A DNA stretch of 64,000 nucleotides from NCBI GenBank assembly GCA_048772705.1, contig JBLWGC010000109.1, forward strand, positions 62,001-126,000, read 5' to 3'. The first letter of the stretch is position 1. Each line of letters opens with the position of its first letter. Below are positions 12,698 through 25,288 of this stretch, piece after piece. The notes under the pieces were generated by a model that ran no database searches, was not told the origin of the DNA, and worked only from the letters and a program-made list of their open reading frames with translations. Origin of the DNA: Leidyana gryllorum EB-2025a (Eukaryota > Protista > Apicomplexa). A program made the translations under genes and the position numbers.

Positions 12698-13504
12698 ATG
12701 GGGCTTCGAAGATGGTTTTCGTCAAAGCGGTCTCAACGTGCAAAAACAGAGTACTGCTTTGAAAGCACTGATCCTATGGACACCTCTTCCCTCTCCCGGC
12801 GCAGTGCACCCTCCAAATCACGAAATATCTCTTTGAGTGACGGTGGAGAGTTTAGTGATTCGAATGTTTCTTCATCCGGTATGTCCAGCAGCGCCTGGAC
12901 ATACACAGAAGATGATGCCCCGATGAGTCTCCCCCCTCTTCAATTGAGACGACGAAGGAGGTGTCTCGTGTCTAGCCCCCAGCTCCCGGTGCGGCCGATC
13001 GATCTAGATGGCAGTGGGACACCCGCGGACTCGTCATCTGTATCCGCCGCCTCTGAGTACTCTGAGAATAGTCACTCATCAGACAGAAACGACTGGCAGA
13101 CTCTAAGCTTCGACGACGAGGTCGAGGAGAGCTCATCCGATGCGAGCAACAGAGAAATCAGCGGATCGTCCTTTTCAGAAGACAGCCCAGCATCATCTCG
13201 TGCTACAGAATCTGCCCGAGGCACTGCTGCTGCCATAAGGCCACTTAGACCCTGTCTCGCTGATCTACAGCGAGCATTGCTCATGACTACCAAACGGAAG
13301 GTCCCCAGCTGCTCTTCGAGTTCTCCCACTTCTGCCAACAGCAGTAGTGGTGGTGAACTCAGTCCTCTGAATAAAAGTATCTGGGACAAGTTGTTCCTCA
13401 TGTGCAGTGCTTGTGGTGACGGAATGGAAAGGCAGCAGACCCGTCAACTGCAGACCGCTATACGGAAAGCAGCTAAGCGGGAAGGTCACTTGATCCTTCA
13501 CTAA
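12698..13504 (+). CDS. Ser-rich hypothetical protein
   Basis: Single long ORF starting MGLRRWFSSK; low complexity. Confidence 0.6.
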   Translation: MGLRRWFSSKRSQRAKTEYCFESTDPMDTSSLSRRSAPSKSRNISLSDGGEFSDSNVSSSGMSSSAWTYTEDDAPMSLPPLQLRRRRRCLVSSPQLPVRPIDLDGSGTPADSSSVSAASEYSENSHSSDRNDWQTLSFDDEVEESSSDASNREISGSSFSEDSPASSRATESARGTAAAIRPLRPCLADLQRALLMTTKRKVPSCSSSSPTSANSSSGGELSPLNKSIWDKLFLMCSACGDGMERQQTRQLQTAIRKAAKREGHLILH

Positions 13505-13517
13505 TCGTCAATACCTT

Positions 13518-14060
13518 CTATTTGTCTAATTTGTCAGTGGTGGTGGTTGCATTGTCAGACACCGTAGTCGCTTCAGTGCTTTGCAGACTCTCTTTGTCCC
13601 CATCAATATTGTCATTGTCGCCTTCGTTGCTGTCGGCTGCTGCTTCTTCGTCGCTATCAGCAGCCACAATTTGTTCGTCCGCGGGCTTTTCCGTCACGTC
13701 TTGAACCGCCTCCACAGTGTCAGAGCTCACTGAATACTTTACTTCAGATACACTCTCACTGTTGTTGTTGATGTTGCTCTTGTTGTTCTCGTCGTCGTCG
13801 TCCTCCTCCTCCTCCTCCGCGACGCCGACGCCAACAGAGGATCCCGAACTCGAGGGGGAGTAACTCTCGTCATCACTATCATCGTCTTCCTCGTCCTCTT
13901 CGAGTGACAAGCGATTGTTGTCAATGTTGAACCGTCTCCGCAGAGTTTCACGGAAGACAGCCGCTTCGGCTTCCGTCATTGAAATTGCATTCCGTTTTCG
14001 GGTACTTGGGGGTCGCATGATGGCCGGAGCCGAACAAAAATGCTCAGCTTTTTTCGTCAA
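13518..14060 (-). CDS. Acidic low-complexity hypothetical protein
   Basis: 180-aa ORF with D/E tracts; true start probably at an internal ATG (MRPPSTRK). Confidence 0.55.
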   Translation of the reverse strand: MTKKAEHFCSAPAIMRPPSTRKRNAISMTEAEAAVFRETLRRRFNIDNNRLSLEEDEEDDDSDDESYSPSSSGSSVGVGVAEEEEEDDDDENNKSNINNNSESVSEVKYSVSSDTVEAVQDVTEKPADEQIVAADSDEEAAADSNEGDNDNIDGDKESLQSTEATTVSDNATTTTDKLDK

Positions 14061-14779
14061 TCCTGTTGCTGTGCTGCTAGGAACTTTTCAGTGGCGTCGT
14101 ACAGCTCCTCGAGACGCTCTGGAGCTGCATCGGGACTAAATATATCCAATTTCTCCATCGTCTGACGTCGACGATGCACTCGTTCTTGTACATCAGCAGG
14201 CAGTTCCTTCAAGTCAACGTCCTCTTCAGCGGCTGCCTTCTGAGACAATTGGTCATACTCTTTTGGTAGACGAGAACGAGTAGCCAACAAACGTAAAACG
14301 TCTCTGTCGTCGATGTGCGAGTCCCGACGGGGACCACGACGATGGCTTGGGGCAGTCGTCGAGCTTCGTGTAGGGCGGCGGACAGCGGTGACCGCAGCGG
14401 CGGCGGGGGCGGGCTCCTTGGCTGAGAGGTTTTCGTCTCCCTCCATACTCATTGATTTCCGGGTAAACTGTCTCAGCATTTGCTGGAATTCCTCCTCTGC
14501 CACCTCCTTATCATCGCTTATTGAATATGTAGTACGCGATCGTTTGACGTCTTGTGCTGCGAGGTGAGGAGCGGACCGGCTGTGCAGACCACCACCGCCT
14601 CCATTGGTGTCTTCGCTGGCTATCCGCACCCGCCGACGGGGCATGTTCTCCAATTTGCTCTCCTCAGTCTCGGGTTTTGGGGTGCTCCAGTGACTCTTGC
14701 CCGCTTGCTGTTGCTGCCGCGGGCGCCCCTCCGGAAGCGCATCCGGATTTGCTCCGATCCGCGTGCACAGATTGCCCAT
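14057..14779 (-). CDS. Hypothetical protein with predicted N-myristoylation/palmitoylation (MGNLC), possibly pellicle/IMC associated
   Basis: ATG gives MGNLCTRIG; charged and partly helical body. Confidence 0.6.
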   Translation of the reverse strand: MGNLCTRIGANPDALPEGRPRQQQQAGKSHWSTPKPETEESKLENMPRRRVRIASEDTNGGGGGLHSRSAPHLAAQDVKRSRTTYSISDDKEVAEEEFQQMLRQFTRKSMSMEGDENLSAKEPAPAAAAVTAVRRPTRSSTTAPSHRRGPRRDSHIDDRDVLRLLATRSRLPKEYDQLSQKAAAEEDVDLKELPADVQERVHRRRQTMEKLDIFSPDAAPERLEELYDATEKFLAAQQQD

Positions 14780-14853
14780 GGGCCTTTCGTCTACGCAGCT
14801 CCTCAATACGAGATCTGAATACCACATCCACTGATAATATTATCTTGTTGCCC

Positions 14854-15369
14854 CTACCTGATGTCTTCTTTCGCTGACTCTTTGGTCGCTTCTTTCAATA
14901 AAGGTTGCTTCGCCCTAAAATCCACCTGGATCGCTTCATCGTCAAGGGCTTTTTCGCCTGGTGTCAAACCTAAGCGTCTAACTGCCTCAGCCTCATCCTC
15001 TCCACCTCTCTGGCCTACAACACACTAGTAACAGACACGCCACACAGCTGTTTCACACGCACTCAGCTCATCGTAAAGCTGGACTTTTAGAGCCAGTCGT
15101 CGCTGCCGTTCGGCCTCTGCTTGTGCAGACAAGCTTTCTTCGTCCGTCCGACGTCGTTTCACTTCTCGCTTGTCGTATCCCACGATGACCGCCTCCCTTT
15201 CCTTCCTCTTTGTTAGATTTCTGGACCCAGTGGAAGTCAGGGGGCGGGTCTTGGGTTCGACCTTCCCGATAGCGAACTTCAATTTGCGGTGTGTATCATC
15301 ACGCACGCCCTCAATGGGAACGGCTGGCTGTGGGATCAATGCAGACTCTGTCAGCCATCCTTCGCTCAT
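14854..15369 (-). CDS. CCDC174-like protein, 2 exons
   Basis: N-terminal EGWLTESALIP..PIEGV, LALKVQLYDEL and later VDF resemble plant/protist CCDC174 homologues. Confidence 0.55.
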
Positions 15370-15461
15370 GCGTTTGTCGGGAAGATTTGATATAATGTGA
15401 TTGGTTTAGAAGGTACAAGTTGTCACAAAGGATTTTCAATTAGTAGAAATGGAAAAAAACA

Positions 15462-18400
15462 TCAGCCAGTGTTCTGCATACCGGCAGCGATAGCCTTAAT
15501 GGACACCTGCAACACCTCATCGAGGCGTTGCCTTTCCTCCTCGCGCTGTTTCTCAGTCCAAGCTGCCATGTCGCCTTGGCGTCCAGTCTGGCTGGCGCGC
15601 CTCTGTAGCTGTTCGGGCTTGTTGAGCAAGTCCTTAATATTCATAGATTGGATTGCCGCATCAGTTAGCATTTGGGGCGGGTCTTGAGTTTCCGGTGTCG
15701 GGACGCTGTCCGGAGTGGCGGTCGGTTGATCGCTGCTGCTCGGAGGGACGCTGTTGGCTTGAGCCTCGAGGGATGCCTGGGACATCTTTTGCAGCGACGG
15801 GTTGCTCGCGTACAGTAGCCCGCTCTGTCGGATGGGCGTGAGCTGATCCGAGCGGAGGCGGTGCAGAACCTCTGCCTGCACAATGTTAGCGGGGACAACC
15901 CACGGCATTCGGACGTCCAGCGCGCGTTGGGTGAGGCGATCGTTGTCGAGGAAGCGAGTTTCGCGTGAAACTTGTTTGAGGAGTGTCATGGTGAGTACCA
16001 TCTCCTGGCGGATCTCCTCTCCGAGGGCTCGCAGGTCCGGATCCGAGACCAATATTTCATCGTAGATTTGTGTAATCTGAGCACTGCACTTCGCGAGCAC
16101 CATACTCATCAGATCAACATAGCTTTGGAAGAAGGGCCACTCTTTGTACATGGTGGCCAGCAGCTCGGGTCCGCCGTCACGATCGACTTCTTCTTGCAGG
16201 GCGGCGCCGAGTCCAAGCCACACGGGCAACAGATTGCGAGTCTGTGTCCAGGCGAAGACCCAAGGAATGGCGCGCAGCGTTTCGACCCCGCCTTCCTTTC
16301 TCTTTGACGGACGGCTGCCGATGTTGAGCTTGCCGAGCTCTTTCTCGGGAGTGGCACTTCTGAAGTATTCGACAAACCGCGGATGTTCAAAGACAATGTT
16401 TCGATAGCGTCGCATGGAGGTGGCACTCAATCTGTCCATCGCCTCAACCCACTCATCGGCGACATTCGTGTTAGTATGCAGCAAGTCGTGCTCCAAGACA
16501 GCAGTAGTGCACGTCTCGAATGAGCGGACAGCACTTCCACTAAGGGCAAAGTTTTGGTTAATGATTTCTCCCTGCACTGTGAAACGCAGACGTCCCTTGA
16601 TGGTCCCGGGTGGTTGGCTGAGGATGGCGAGGTGTTGGGGTCCTCCACCGCGGCTGACGGAACCTCCTCGGCCATGGAAGAAAACCAGTGAGACACCATG
16701 TCGCTCAGCCACTTCATTGAGGCCCTGTTGGGCTTTGTAGAGTTCCCAAGCTGAGGTGAGTCTGCTGCCGTCCTTTCCTGAGTCTGAGTAGCCAATCATG
16801 ATCTCTTGAATGTTGTCATGTCGCGCGCGCAAACGGGTACGGTACCACTCGTTCTTGAAGAGCGTGTCGAGCATTTGACGTGAAGCTTGCAGAGCCTCAA
16901 TGGTTTCAAGCAGCGGTACCACGCGCAGACCTCCGTCCCCACAGAACTCACGCTGCAGCAGTTCCACCACCAGCACGTCGCTGGCGGTCATACACATTGA
17001 GATAATGTAGGCTCCCATACATTCGGGGTTGAAGGTGCTGGCGACCTCGAACACCTTCAGCACCTCCACGTGTTGTGCGTCCAAGTTCATCTCCCATTTC
17101 GGGATCAAAGGTCGCTTGCTGTTCAGCACAGTACTGAGGAAACGGAGTCGGTGCTCTTCGGTGAGTTCTTCGAAGGAACCCAGATCCAAGGCGGCACATA
17201 TGCCGTCCAAGCAAGCGTTATGGCGATCTGCTTCTTGGCGGAGATCAATGGAGTGCAGATGGAGACCGAAGGCCATCACTTGACGAATAACGTCTTTCAA
17301 GATGCCATCAGCCACGGCTTCATCTCCGGTAACATGCAATGACTTGCTAATCTCAATGAGATCATTGGCGAACTCTGCTGACTCCTTATACATCCATTCT
17401 GAGCTTTCGCTCGTGGGGGTTATCGTTTTGAGCAAACTCAGGTAGTATTCATGGGTTTGGGTCAACTTGTAACGTATGTAATACAGGAATCTTCGGTAAT
17501 ACTCATTGTCCTGCGGGGGTTGTAAATGGGTTCGGTAAATCGCACTCGTTCCATATGGGCTGGTGGAGAAGGGCATCGAAGGTAAGGCCTCCACCAACTC
17601 GCGGAAGTCTTTGGAACAGCTTTGCAGCGCAATTTGCGGGAACAGTTGCTCGATCTGAGAGAAGACACACACCATTTTACCACCGAAACTGAGCATGAAG
17701 CCTGCCTACCTTATTGAGGAACAACTTGGTGCCGCGAACATAGTTTGATATAATGATGTCTCGAGTTACTTGATGTGTGACAAACGGATTTCCATCACGG
17801 TCTCCGCCTGCCCACGAAGCAAACTTGAGTGGTCGGGCAGTGTAGGGCAGAGGTGGTTGACCGATCTCCATTAGTCGGAGATCGATCTGTCTCAAATAGT
17901 TCGGAACTGCCTCAAACACCATGTCCTCTATAGCATTCGCAATACCCGCTGCTTCAGTGAAGACAGTGGGCTTTCTTCGTCTGATGGGATCCGTCTCCCA
18001 CAAGACTTCGACGGCACGTCGGATTTCTTGTTGGTCCAGAGTCACCTCAGTGGGTGTCAAGTCTGGACGATCAAGGCTCAAAATCCTGTCGGCGATAGTC
18101 TTCAGCGACTTGAGAGACGCCTCACGCATCGCCTCGGTAGGGTGGGCCGTAAATACCATTTCGATTTGCTGGTTGCACAACGATTGGTAGATCTGTCGCG
18201 GGGGGTAGCCAGTATTCTGCAGTCGGTCGAAAGTCAGAAAGATGCTGTTGTCGCTGTGCTGGAACTGCTTGTCTTCGGCCACTTTGCTGCCGAGTTTTGG
18301 CAGCATGCGCTCGTACATCCGTCGACGGCGAACGCGGTGAGCCCACTCAGCAAAGTTGACCAAATGACACATCAACATGGAGATTTGCACAACCAGCTTC

Positions 18401-19346
18401 ATTTGACGGCTTGTCAAGTGTCGCACTCGGTCCACCAGCTCATCCAGTGAGCCTCGAGTTTGAATCGCATAGTAACGGTAGGCGAGTTTCTGTACCGCAA
18501 GGATAGTTTTGTACTCTTCAGGGCTGACATGAGCCCCAATGAGATTAATCGCCGTTGTTTTCAAGGCAACTATGTCTTTGATCAGAGCGTCACGGAACCC
18601 GACGTGATCCAAGTCGTGGGCCCGGATCACAGCCGTAACGGGAGAGTGATCGCTTGGACTCTCTGATTGAGTCCGCGACGCACGACCTTTCCCTTCGGTC
18701 TCTTGCGCTTCTTGCTGTCCGCCTTGAATCGAATCCTTCCCTACACAAACAGATTGAACTGAAGACGACAAAAACATGAACAAAGGAGATGATGAGGGCA
18801 CACGTGACTGACAACAACCTCTTTGCCTGTCCCAGGGACGACGGTTGGCTTGAAGTGTCATGCTACACAGGTCACAGATCATAGGTTCGAGCACATAAAG
18901 TGTGTTACGGGACCACGAGAGGATGAATGTAGGAGCCGTGGACAAGGACGAGGGCAAGGGCGAGGGTGAGGGCGAGGGTAAGGCCTCGCATCGCACCGCT
19001 GCGGGGTGCAGAGAGGTGGTTGCGAGTACTCACTTGGCCCACGGATGGCTGTCAAATCTTCTTTGGATGATTGGTGGGAGTCGTGCACGAACTGTATTTG
19101 GCTCAGGAACGTGGTGGCGATCCGAGACTTCCATTTACGGTTGCACGATTCTACGCCATCATCCACCAATTGACTGACGGATTCGTATTCCGTGCGGAAC
19201 GGATCAAGGAGGGCTGCGTAGGGCCTCTGCTCTGGAAGAGCGTCGGCTTCCCATGACTCTGCAGCCGGTGCAGCCTCCTTTTGTGAACGCAATGTCGCTT
19301 CCACAGTGGACATCGACGGCTTGATATTCTCCGTGGATGCTGACAT
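15462..19346 (-). CDS. PEPC: Phosphoenolpyruvate carboxylase, multi-exon
   Basis: VFTAHPTE, FASWAGGDRDGNP, DLRQEA, VVPLLET, EIMIGYSDSGKDG, FHGRGGSVSRGGGP, TVQGE, LRAIPWVFAWTQTR, C-terminal GMQNTG. Confidence 0.98.
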
Positions 19347-19457
19347 GTTAGGGAAAACTTAGCTGATTGAACAATTTTTTACGATTCTCGCAAGACTAAT
19401 TAGTGTTGTTGGGGACAGGCCGTCGGTCTCTAACTAAACGGGGTGCATTATCCGGGA

Positions 19458-19898
19458 CTATTTGAACCTAACAGAAGCGACTGCGCTTAGCGCTGGGTTC
19501 ACCCACAGGGCTCTCCTCGGTGAATCTAGACGCGTTCAACTCGTCCATACACTTGTCGACATCGCGAGGCAACAATTTGATCAACCAGCGGAGGAGGGCC
19601 GCTGCGTTGTTGACTGCACAGATTTGGCTTTGAGTGACTGAGAAAACCTACCCGCCTCCTCAGACAGATCCGGATTAGGAAGAGAGACAGCGTCTAACAA
19701 GTGTCCGATCTTCACAGATTGTATACGGGGAGGAAGAGTCGCCAGCAACGCCTCGTAGAACCTCCGCAGCCGACGCTCCTCCTTGAGAATGAAGAGTTCA
19801 ACAGGGATCTTTGCCCTGTGCTCTTTGATAGCTGCAACGAGACGATCACGCACTTCTGGTCCTACGATGTCCTCATCACCCATCAGAGAGTCATGCAT
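19458..19898 (-). CDS. Small protein with a Borealin/Nbl1 N-terminal-like helix
   Basis: KEERRLRRFYEALLATLPPRIQSVKIGHLL resembles the Nbl1_Borealin_N motif. A possible second exon ends at the stop at 19458. Confidence 0.45.
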
Positions 19899-19939
19899 AC
19901 TGATCAGTTCGACGAGTATTTTTTTGGGATGTGGTCGAG

Positions 19940-22210
19940 ATGTCGTTGTCGCCACCTCGACAGTTAGCCCCGATCCGACCAAAAGCACCCGGGCCGGTGC
20001 GAGATGATTCCGCCCGATCACGTTGTCCGTTGTCGGCCAGGCAGACGCAGCCACGCTTGTTGACGTCGTCGGCGTCCCGCATGAATGTTCGTCCGCCGAC
20101 TGCGGCGGCCACCACCTCTCTACTGCGAAAGTCGTATACAGCCGGATCTCCACTGTTGAGCGGCACGGAGGCGGTTAGATCGCCTCCGAGTGGTCCAAAA
20201 CTACTTCGGAAACGAGAGCTGCTCGACTTTCGGAGCGGTCGATCCGCGAGTGCATTGGACGAAGCGGCTCGCTCTGTACCACTATTGATGGAGTCAGTGG
20301 ATTCCGTCCAGTTACAACGCCCGATTCGGAGCGGAAACAAAACTCCCGGGCAAAGCCTACTCATCGCCATGCAGGTCAGCAGCAGCAAAAGGCGACAGGA
20401 GAACGGTGGCGCCCCAATTCGACAAATGCCCTCTCTAATCAGCCCGGTCAGTAACGATCTGGAACGCTTGGCGGAAGCCGAGGGAGCAGCTGCGGCTGCG
20501 GCACGGTATAGTGAGTGCCAAAAAAGACGTCGATACAGTCCCGGCGACCGTCTCGCCTACACCGCCGAGCGCGTGGACTTCCACGCCCACCGTCCAGGTC
20601 TCGCTTATTATGCTATTTGTCCCACTGGAGTGGACAATGAGGTCTTTATCCATGGTGGACAGTTGACTCCTTCCCCCGAGATTGTCGCAGACGCAGCCTC
20701 TTCATCCTGCTACAAGTGGAGCGTTTCGTCCTCCGAGCGATCTGCTGCATCCCTAACCGCCCCCACTGAGTCATTCAACCTCCCGCCCTTGGTGGGTCAC
20801 TCAATGGTCTGCTACCGGGGTTCTCGGCTTTACATCTACGGCGGCCTCGGCCCCTATGTTAGCGGGCTGTTCAGTGATCTCATTGCTGTCAACTTGGCGA
20901 CGGGAGAATCCGGCGCGGTTGTCTCGTCAACACCCCAACCAGGAGGACGCGCTCGACACGCCTGCTGCAGTGTAGGCCATTATATGTACGTACATGGCGG
21001 GCACTCTCTGCATTCAAAGAAGAGGTTGCTCGCCGATTTATGGAGACTGGACATGCGCGACGCTACCTGGGAAAGAATGCCCAGTACGCGAGTCAACGCC
21101 AAGTCCTTAGACAAGCCAGATTGGCTCTTGGAGGCCGACTGGACGCCGATGGAACGCCCAGGAGCACGGTGTGGCCACCACATCACGATTTTTGACGAAT
21201 GGCTATATCTGGCCTTTGGTGTTGACGGGGGCCCCAACGGGCTCACGGATTTCTGGGCCTATCACCTGGAGGATCATTACTGGAATCGCGTACATCCACG
21301 CGAAAAGCTATCAGAGCCACGAGTAGAGTAAGTAAATCGTGTGTTCGGGGTGTGATCTTGGCCGTGTGTGGTACGTGTGCTGGTGTCGTAATAATGTGTC
21401 TCCTGCCGGTGTGACAGACAAACGTTGTGCTGCAGCTGCGCCTCGGCCGTTCTGGGCCGAAAGTGGTTATTTCACGGCGGTATCGACTTGAGTTCCGGAG
21501 TCATGGTCAACTCGTTTTACGAGTTCGATTTTGTGACACATGAGGGTCGTCAAATGAGGGTGGAGCTGGCGATCAAGCCTCCAAAGATCCTACCAGCCCT
21601 GATGGGCCATGCAATGCTGGGGCTCGATTCGAAGCGGCTGTTTATATTCGGGGGCATCAATCGTCAAGGCACTGTAGTTCATCTTGTTTACTCTGTGACC
21701 GACAGTGGTCAAGCTCCCGGTACAGTTTGCGAGCCGGCAATCATGCCACCCCCACCCACTCCCGAGATGGGTCCCGAACCTCTGCTTGAGAGCAGCATAG
21801 GAGGAGCGCACCTCAACGATTCGCCTCGGTCGAGTGTGAGTGGGGGCGACGCTCGGAGATTGCCCGAAAGTGTTCCGCCTTCTCCGATGCTGGTGCCCGC
21901 AACTCCCAGCCAGCCCCCACCTATTGCCGACCCCACTATTCGAAAGCACTTGGAGGACGCCGCCGCTTTGGAGCTGGAAGAATTGCGAAAGGAGAATGAG
22001 AGCCTCAGAAGAGAACTTGCGGCTCTGGAGACTCGCCCCGTAGAACCTCAACTCTGCGAGAACGTGCTCGAGTTAATAGTTCGCACGGAGGAAGCTTTCC
22101 AACAGATCAAGGACCTGTCGAAGGAATGGGCCGAACTCTATCGCACAACAATGCTCTCAATGAAATCCAGTGGGGGAGGGGGCGGATCACCTTCCACAAC
22201 TGCTTCCTAA
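19940..22210 (+). CDS. Kelch-repeat protein with C-terminal coiled coil, 2 exons
   Basis: Repeated GH/HGG/YGG Kelch motifs (VFIHGG, LYIYGG, MYVHGG, WLFHGG, LFIFGG); coiled coil ELEELRKENESLRRELAAL. Confidence 0.88.
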
Positions 22211-22275
22211 TCGACTCAATTTTTCATGGTCCACGAATGCTCTCCCTCAAAGTAAGTGGGTGTGCTGGTCTCGTC

Positions 22276-22977
22276 TCACCGCTCCGCCCAGCCGTGTACT
22301 TTTGCATACAAAAACCATGTACCACCTATCAGTAGTGGAAGCCCTTGACCGAGTGCCAGTAATTGTGCCTGCTGCTCCTTGGGTAAATCCTTGAAGTACC
22401 TCGTTGGCTTGATTATCAAGAGTCTGATCAAATACTCCACTGCTTCTATCACGTACCACAACACGGCCCATCCCAGTGCCATGCCGCTCAGTAAAACCTC
22501 TGCAGAGTCTTCATCATGCTCACGGTAGACGTCGGTGTCGGGCATCGGCCAAATCGGACCCATCAACAATGGTGCCGCCTTTGGCAAATGGGATTTCACC
22601 TCACTCTCCCGCCGTGTCAGCTCAGCCTTGAGGAACTGTGTGGGGATCGTTGATAATTCCCGTGTGAGTGCACGGCATCCCAGGGAAGTCAGTCCCCGAC
22701 AAACAGGGAATAAACGGTTGTACAGATCCTGACGTAATAGCTCAGGAAGCTTCGACCGAGGGTCCTTCGGGGCTCTCAGTATTCGTATAAAATCTCGACT
22801 GTCCTGCTTTGGCAACAAGTGAGCTCGGCAAGTTGGGCATGAGGCTTTGTCTCCTAATCGGTCCAGCAACTCGTTGATACACCAGCCACAAAGGTCGTGA
22901 CCACAGGCTGACAGAACACGAGCATGGCGATGCTCCCCATACTCTTCAAAGCATATTGCACATTGAACGGAAGCCAT
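22276..22977 (-). CDS. RING-HC (C3HC4) E3 ligase with C-terminal TM segments
   Basis: CAICFEEY...CGHDLCGWC...CPTCR; hydrophobic C-terminal helices. Confidence 0.85.
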   Translation of the reverse strand: MASVQCAICFEEYGEHRHARVLSACGHDLCGWCINELLDRLGDKASCPTCRAHLLPKQDSRDFIRILRAPKDPRSKLPELLRQDLYNRLFPVCRGLTSLGCRALTRELSTIPTQFLKAELTRRESEVKSHLPKAAPLLMGPIWPMPDTDVYREHDEDSAEVLLSGMALGWAVLWYVIEAVEYLIRLLIIKPTRYFKDLPKEQQAQLLALGQGLPLLIGGTWFLYAKVHGWAER

Positions 22978-23280
22978 ACAGGCGGCTAGCGTAGGCAACG
23001 AATTGCAGACTAGGCCCTTTATAACACAGTGGCTGCCACAGAAAGTTACGTACTCAGGGCAAGGAATCAAGTGAGCCTTCAAGAGTGAAGAATGAGTGAG
23101 ATTGGCTTTAGTCTAGAAATCGGTTGATTGGGAAATTCTTCAGCGGCTTGCTTAATGATAATTCGGCGCTAACATATGCGGCCGCAGCCGAGGCAGGGTC
23201 ACTTGAGCTTGATCAAGCTGACGCTGATAAAAATATGTTAATCTTCCCACTTCGTGCTGTTGTGAGGTGGTGAAAAATCA

Positions 23281-23736
23281 TCAACTGTTGTTCTTCCCAA
23301 CTTTGGCGGGTGCGAAAGTAGTGGTGGCTACGTAAGTCAGTTTCAAGTTGGGATCGTACAAGACAGGTGACTGAACGCAGGCAAAAGCATCTCCGGATGG
23401 CTGTCCACTCCGGTCTGGGGGGAAGTTTGGGAGTGGTCCTGACTTAGCATCTTCACGACCGAAGAATCGGCCTTGCAGCTGTGCGATGTACTCCGTCAGA
23501 TCCGCATTCCGTAATTGCAGCTCGACGATTCGTTGGTCCTTATATTTGCAATGCTCACATACAATATCGTAACAAGCAAAACATCCGGCTTTGCCACACG
23601 TTTTGCGAGGCTCCCGCTCCACGAAGCGGTACCCCGGAGGCGGTACCATAAGTAATGAGTCATCATGCGGGTCCTGAGAAACGGCGGGCAATGCCCGTTT
23701 TGAATCGAACGCTCCTAAGGCAGAAGGGGAAGTCAT
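23281..23736 (-). CDS. Hypothetical protein (Cys cluster plus short coiled coil)
   Basis: 151-aa ORF; CGKAGCFACYDIVCEHC followed by heptads. Confidence 0.6.
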   Translation of the reverse strand: MTSPSALGAFDSKRALPAVSQDPHDDSLLMVPPPGYRFVEREPRKTCGKAGCFACYDIVCEHCKYKDQRIVELQLRNADLTEYIAQLQGRFFGREDAKSGPLPNFPPDRSGQPSGDAFACVQSPVLYDPNLKLTYVATTTFAPAKVGKNNS

Positions 23737-24190
23737 CGAGCGTTAAATGGAATATGAAAGCTCCCGACAATATATTGCGAATGGACTGTTCTGTTGCCGT
23801 CAACGCACCACGCTCCCACAGGCTGATGGAATAGGGTGCACGCCACCAAGTCCGAATGCGTCGAAGGCGGGTCAGCTTCATTGTGTCTCTTGTGTGTGGA
23901 CACACGTTTGGTCCAATTGAAAGATCCGCCGAGTTGTGGCGAGGACGCATGCGGATCCTTAACGCGCCATGATGTCGCAATTACAAATCACACATTTGTG
24001 GGAACGCCACAACGCGGGGATCGATGACCTTTCCGTGGTAAGGGACTACCTGAAACGTCAGCACTGAGCCACTACAGGTGCGATGTGGTATTGTCAACTG
24101 CAGCTGTGTGGTCAGCCGCTGACCTATTAGTTCAATGGGACAACTACAAGTTGTGTGGGCAGCCACTTAATATGTGGTTACTTGCTTCAT

Positions 24191-25225
24191 ATGCCATTGT
24201 GGGGGGTTACAGATGTTGTCATCACTACTGTGAGTTGCGTTGACGAAACTGGCTGATAGATCACGGGATGCAGTATTTCCCGGGTTGGAGGACTTGGAGT
24301 CAGGCATGGAAGCTTTCTCGAGCGTTATCTCTTCTCGGCATTGCTCATTGAAAGTTCTTCATTTTGGGATCACGTTACCTACAATCTTCGTGTGGACCAT
24401 CGTGGGCAGCTTGATGCTGAACGACATCATGAACCACACTCCTCATTGTGTGAGTGCACTTCCACCGCGTCTTCCCAATACCGAATTAGTTGGCCGACGC
24501 CCACCGCCCAATGTGGATCTTACAGTGGTTGTACGTCTGCTATACCTTCATATTCGTCCAGTTTTCTGTTCTGAGTGAGTGGTTTACGAATAGTCTCGAT
24601 CTACGAATCGTCTTCAATTTCAGTTCGGGGGTTGATGGTCCAGTGTCGCCAGCGTGAGTTGGACATCGCATTGAGAGCCGTCGAAACTGCGGCTCTTCGC
24701 GAGAGATGGGGAGAAGTGAGATTAAACTACTGTACCGGAGGCCTATCGGCTGAGGAAGTGATGCACCTGCCCAGTGTTGAGGTGTGTGAGCGGGATTGCA
24801 TAGTCAACGACAAGTGTTCAATCTGTTTGGAACGGTTTGGGGTGGGTGATTGATGTGTGGTCCAGCATGTGGATGGTGAAATTCAGATTGGCACACGCGT
24901 CCGGATTCTGCCCAAGTGTGGCCATAGATTCCACCAGGAATGTGCCGATTTATGGCTACTGCGACGAGCTATCTGTCCGAACTGCAATTGCGATGTCCAG
25001 GAGCCGCGCCCACGTCAGAGTCGGCGCCGCTCTCGCAGCGAGATGCTGGAGGAATTTGCATTCTGGACTAGTTGGGGGGTAGTCGAATTTGTGTTTGAAG
25101 ACTCCTCGGGTACAGAAGTTGAGGACGAGTCGGGGCAAGAGGTGAGAGTGCGTGTGAGGAACGGGCGCTCGCCTTCAGCCCGCTTGGACATTGATGGGAC
25201 TGAAGTTGAAATTGGGAACCACTGA
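24191..25225 (+). CDS. Membrane-anchored RING-H2 E3 ligase, multi-exon
   Basis: TM exons, then CSICLERFG|IGTRVRILPKCGHRFHQECADLWL...CPNC, joined across a GT-AG intron. Confidence 0.85.
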
Positions 25226-25288
25226 TTACTGTCAATTGTTCCCGTCCCAGGATTGCCGGTGGCAGCTCCAGTGCATTGAGCTTTGCAA

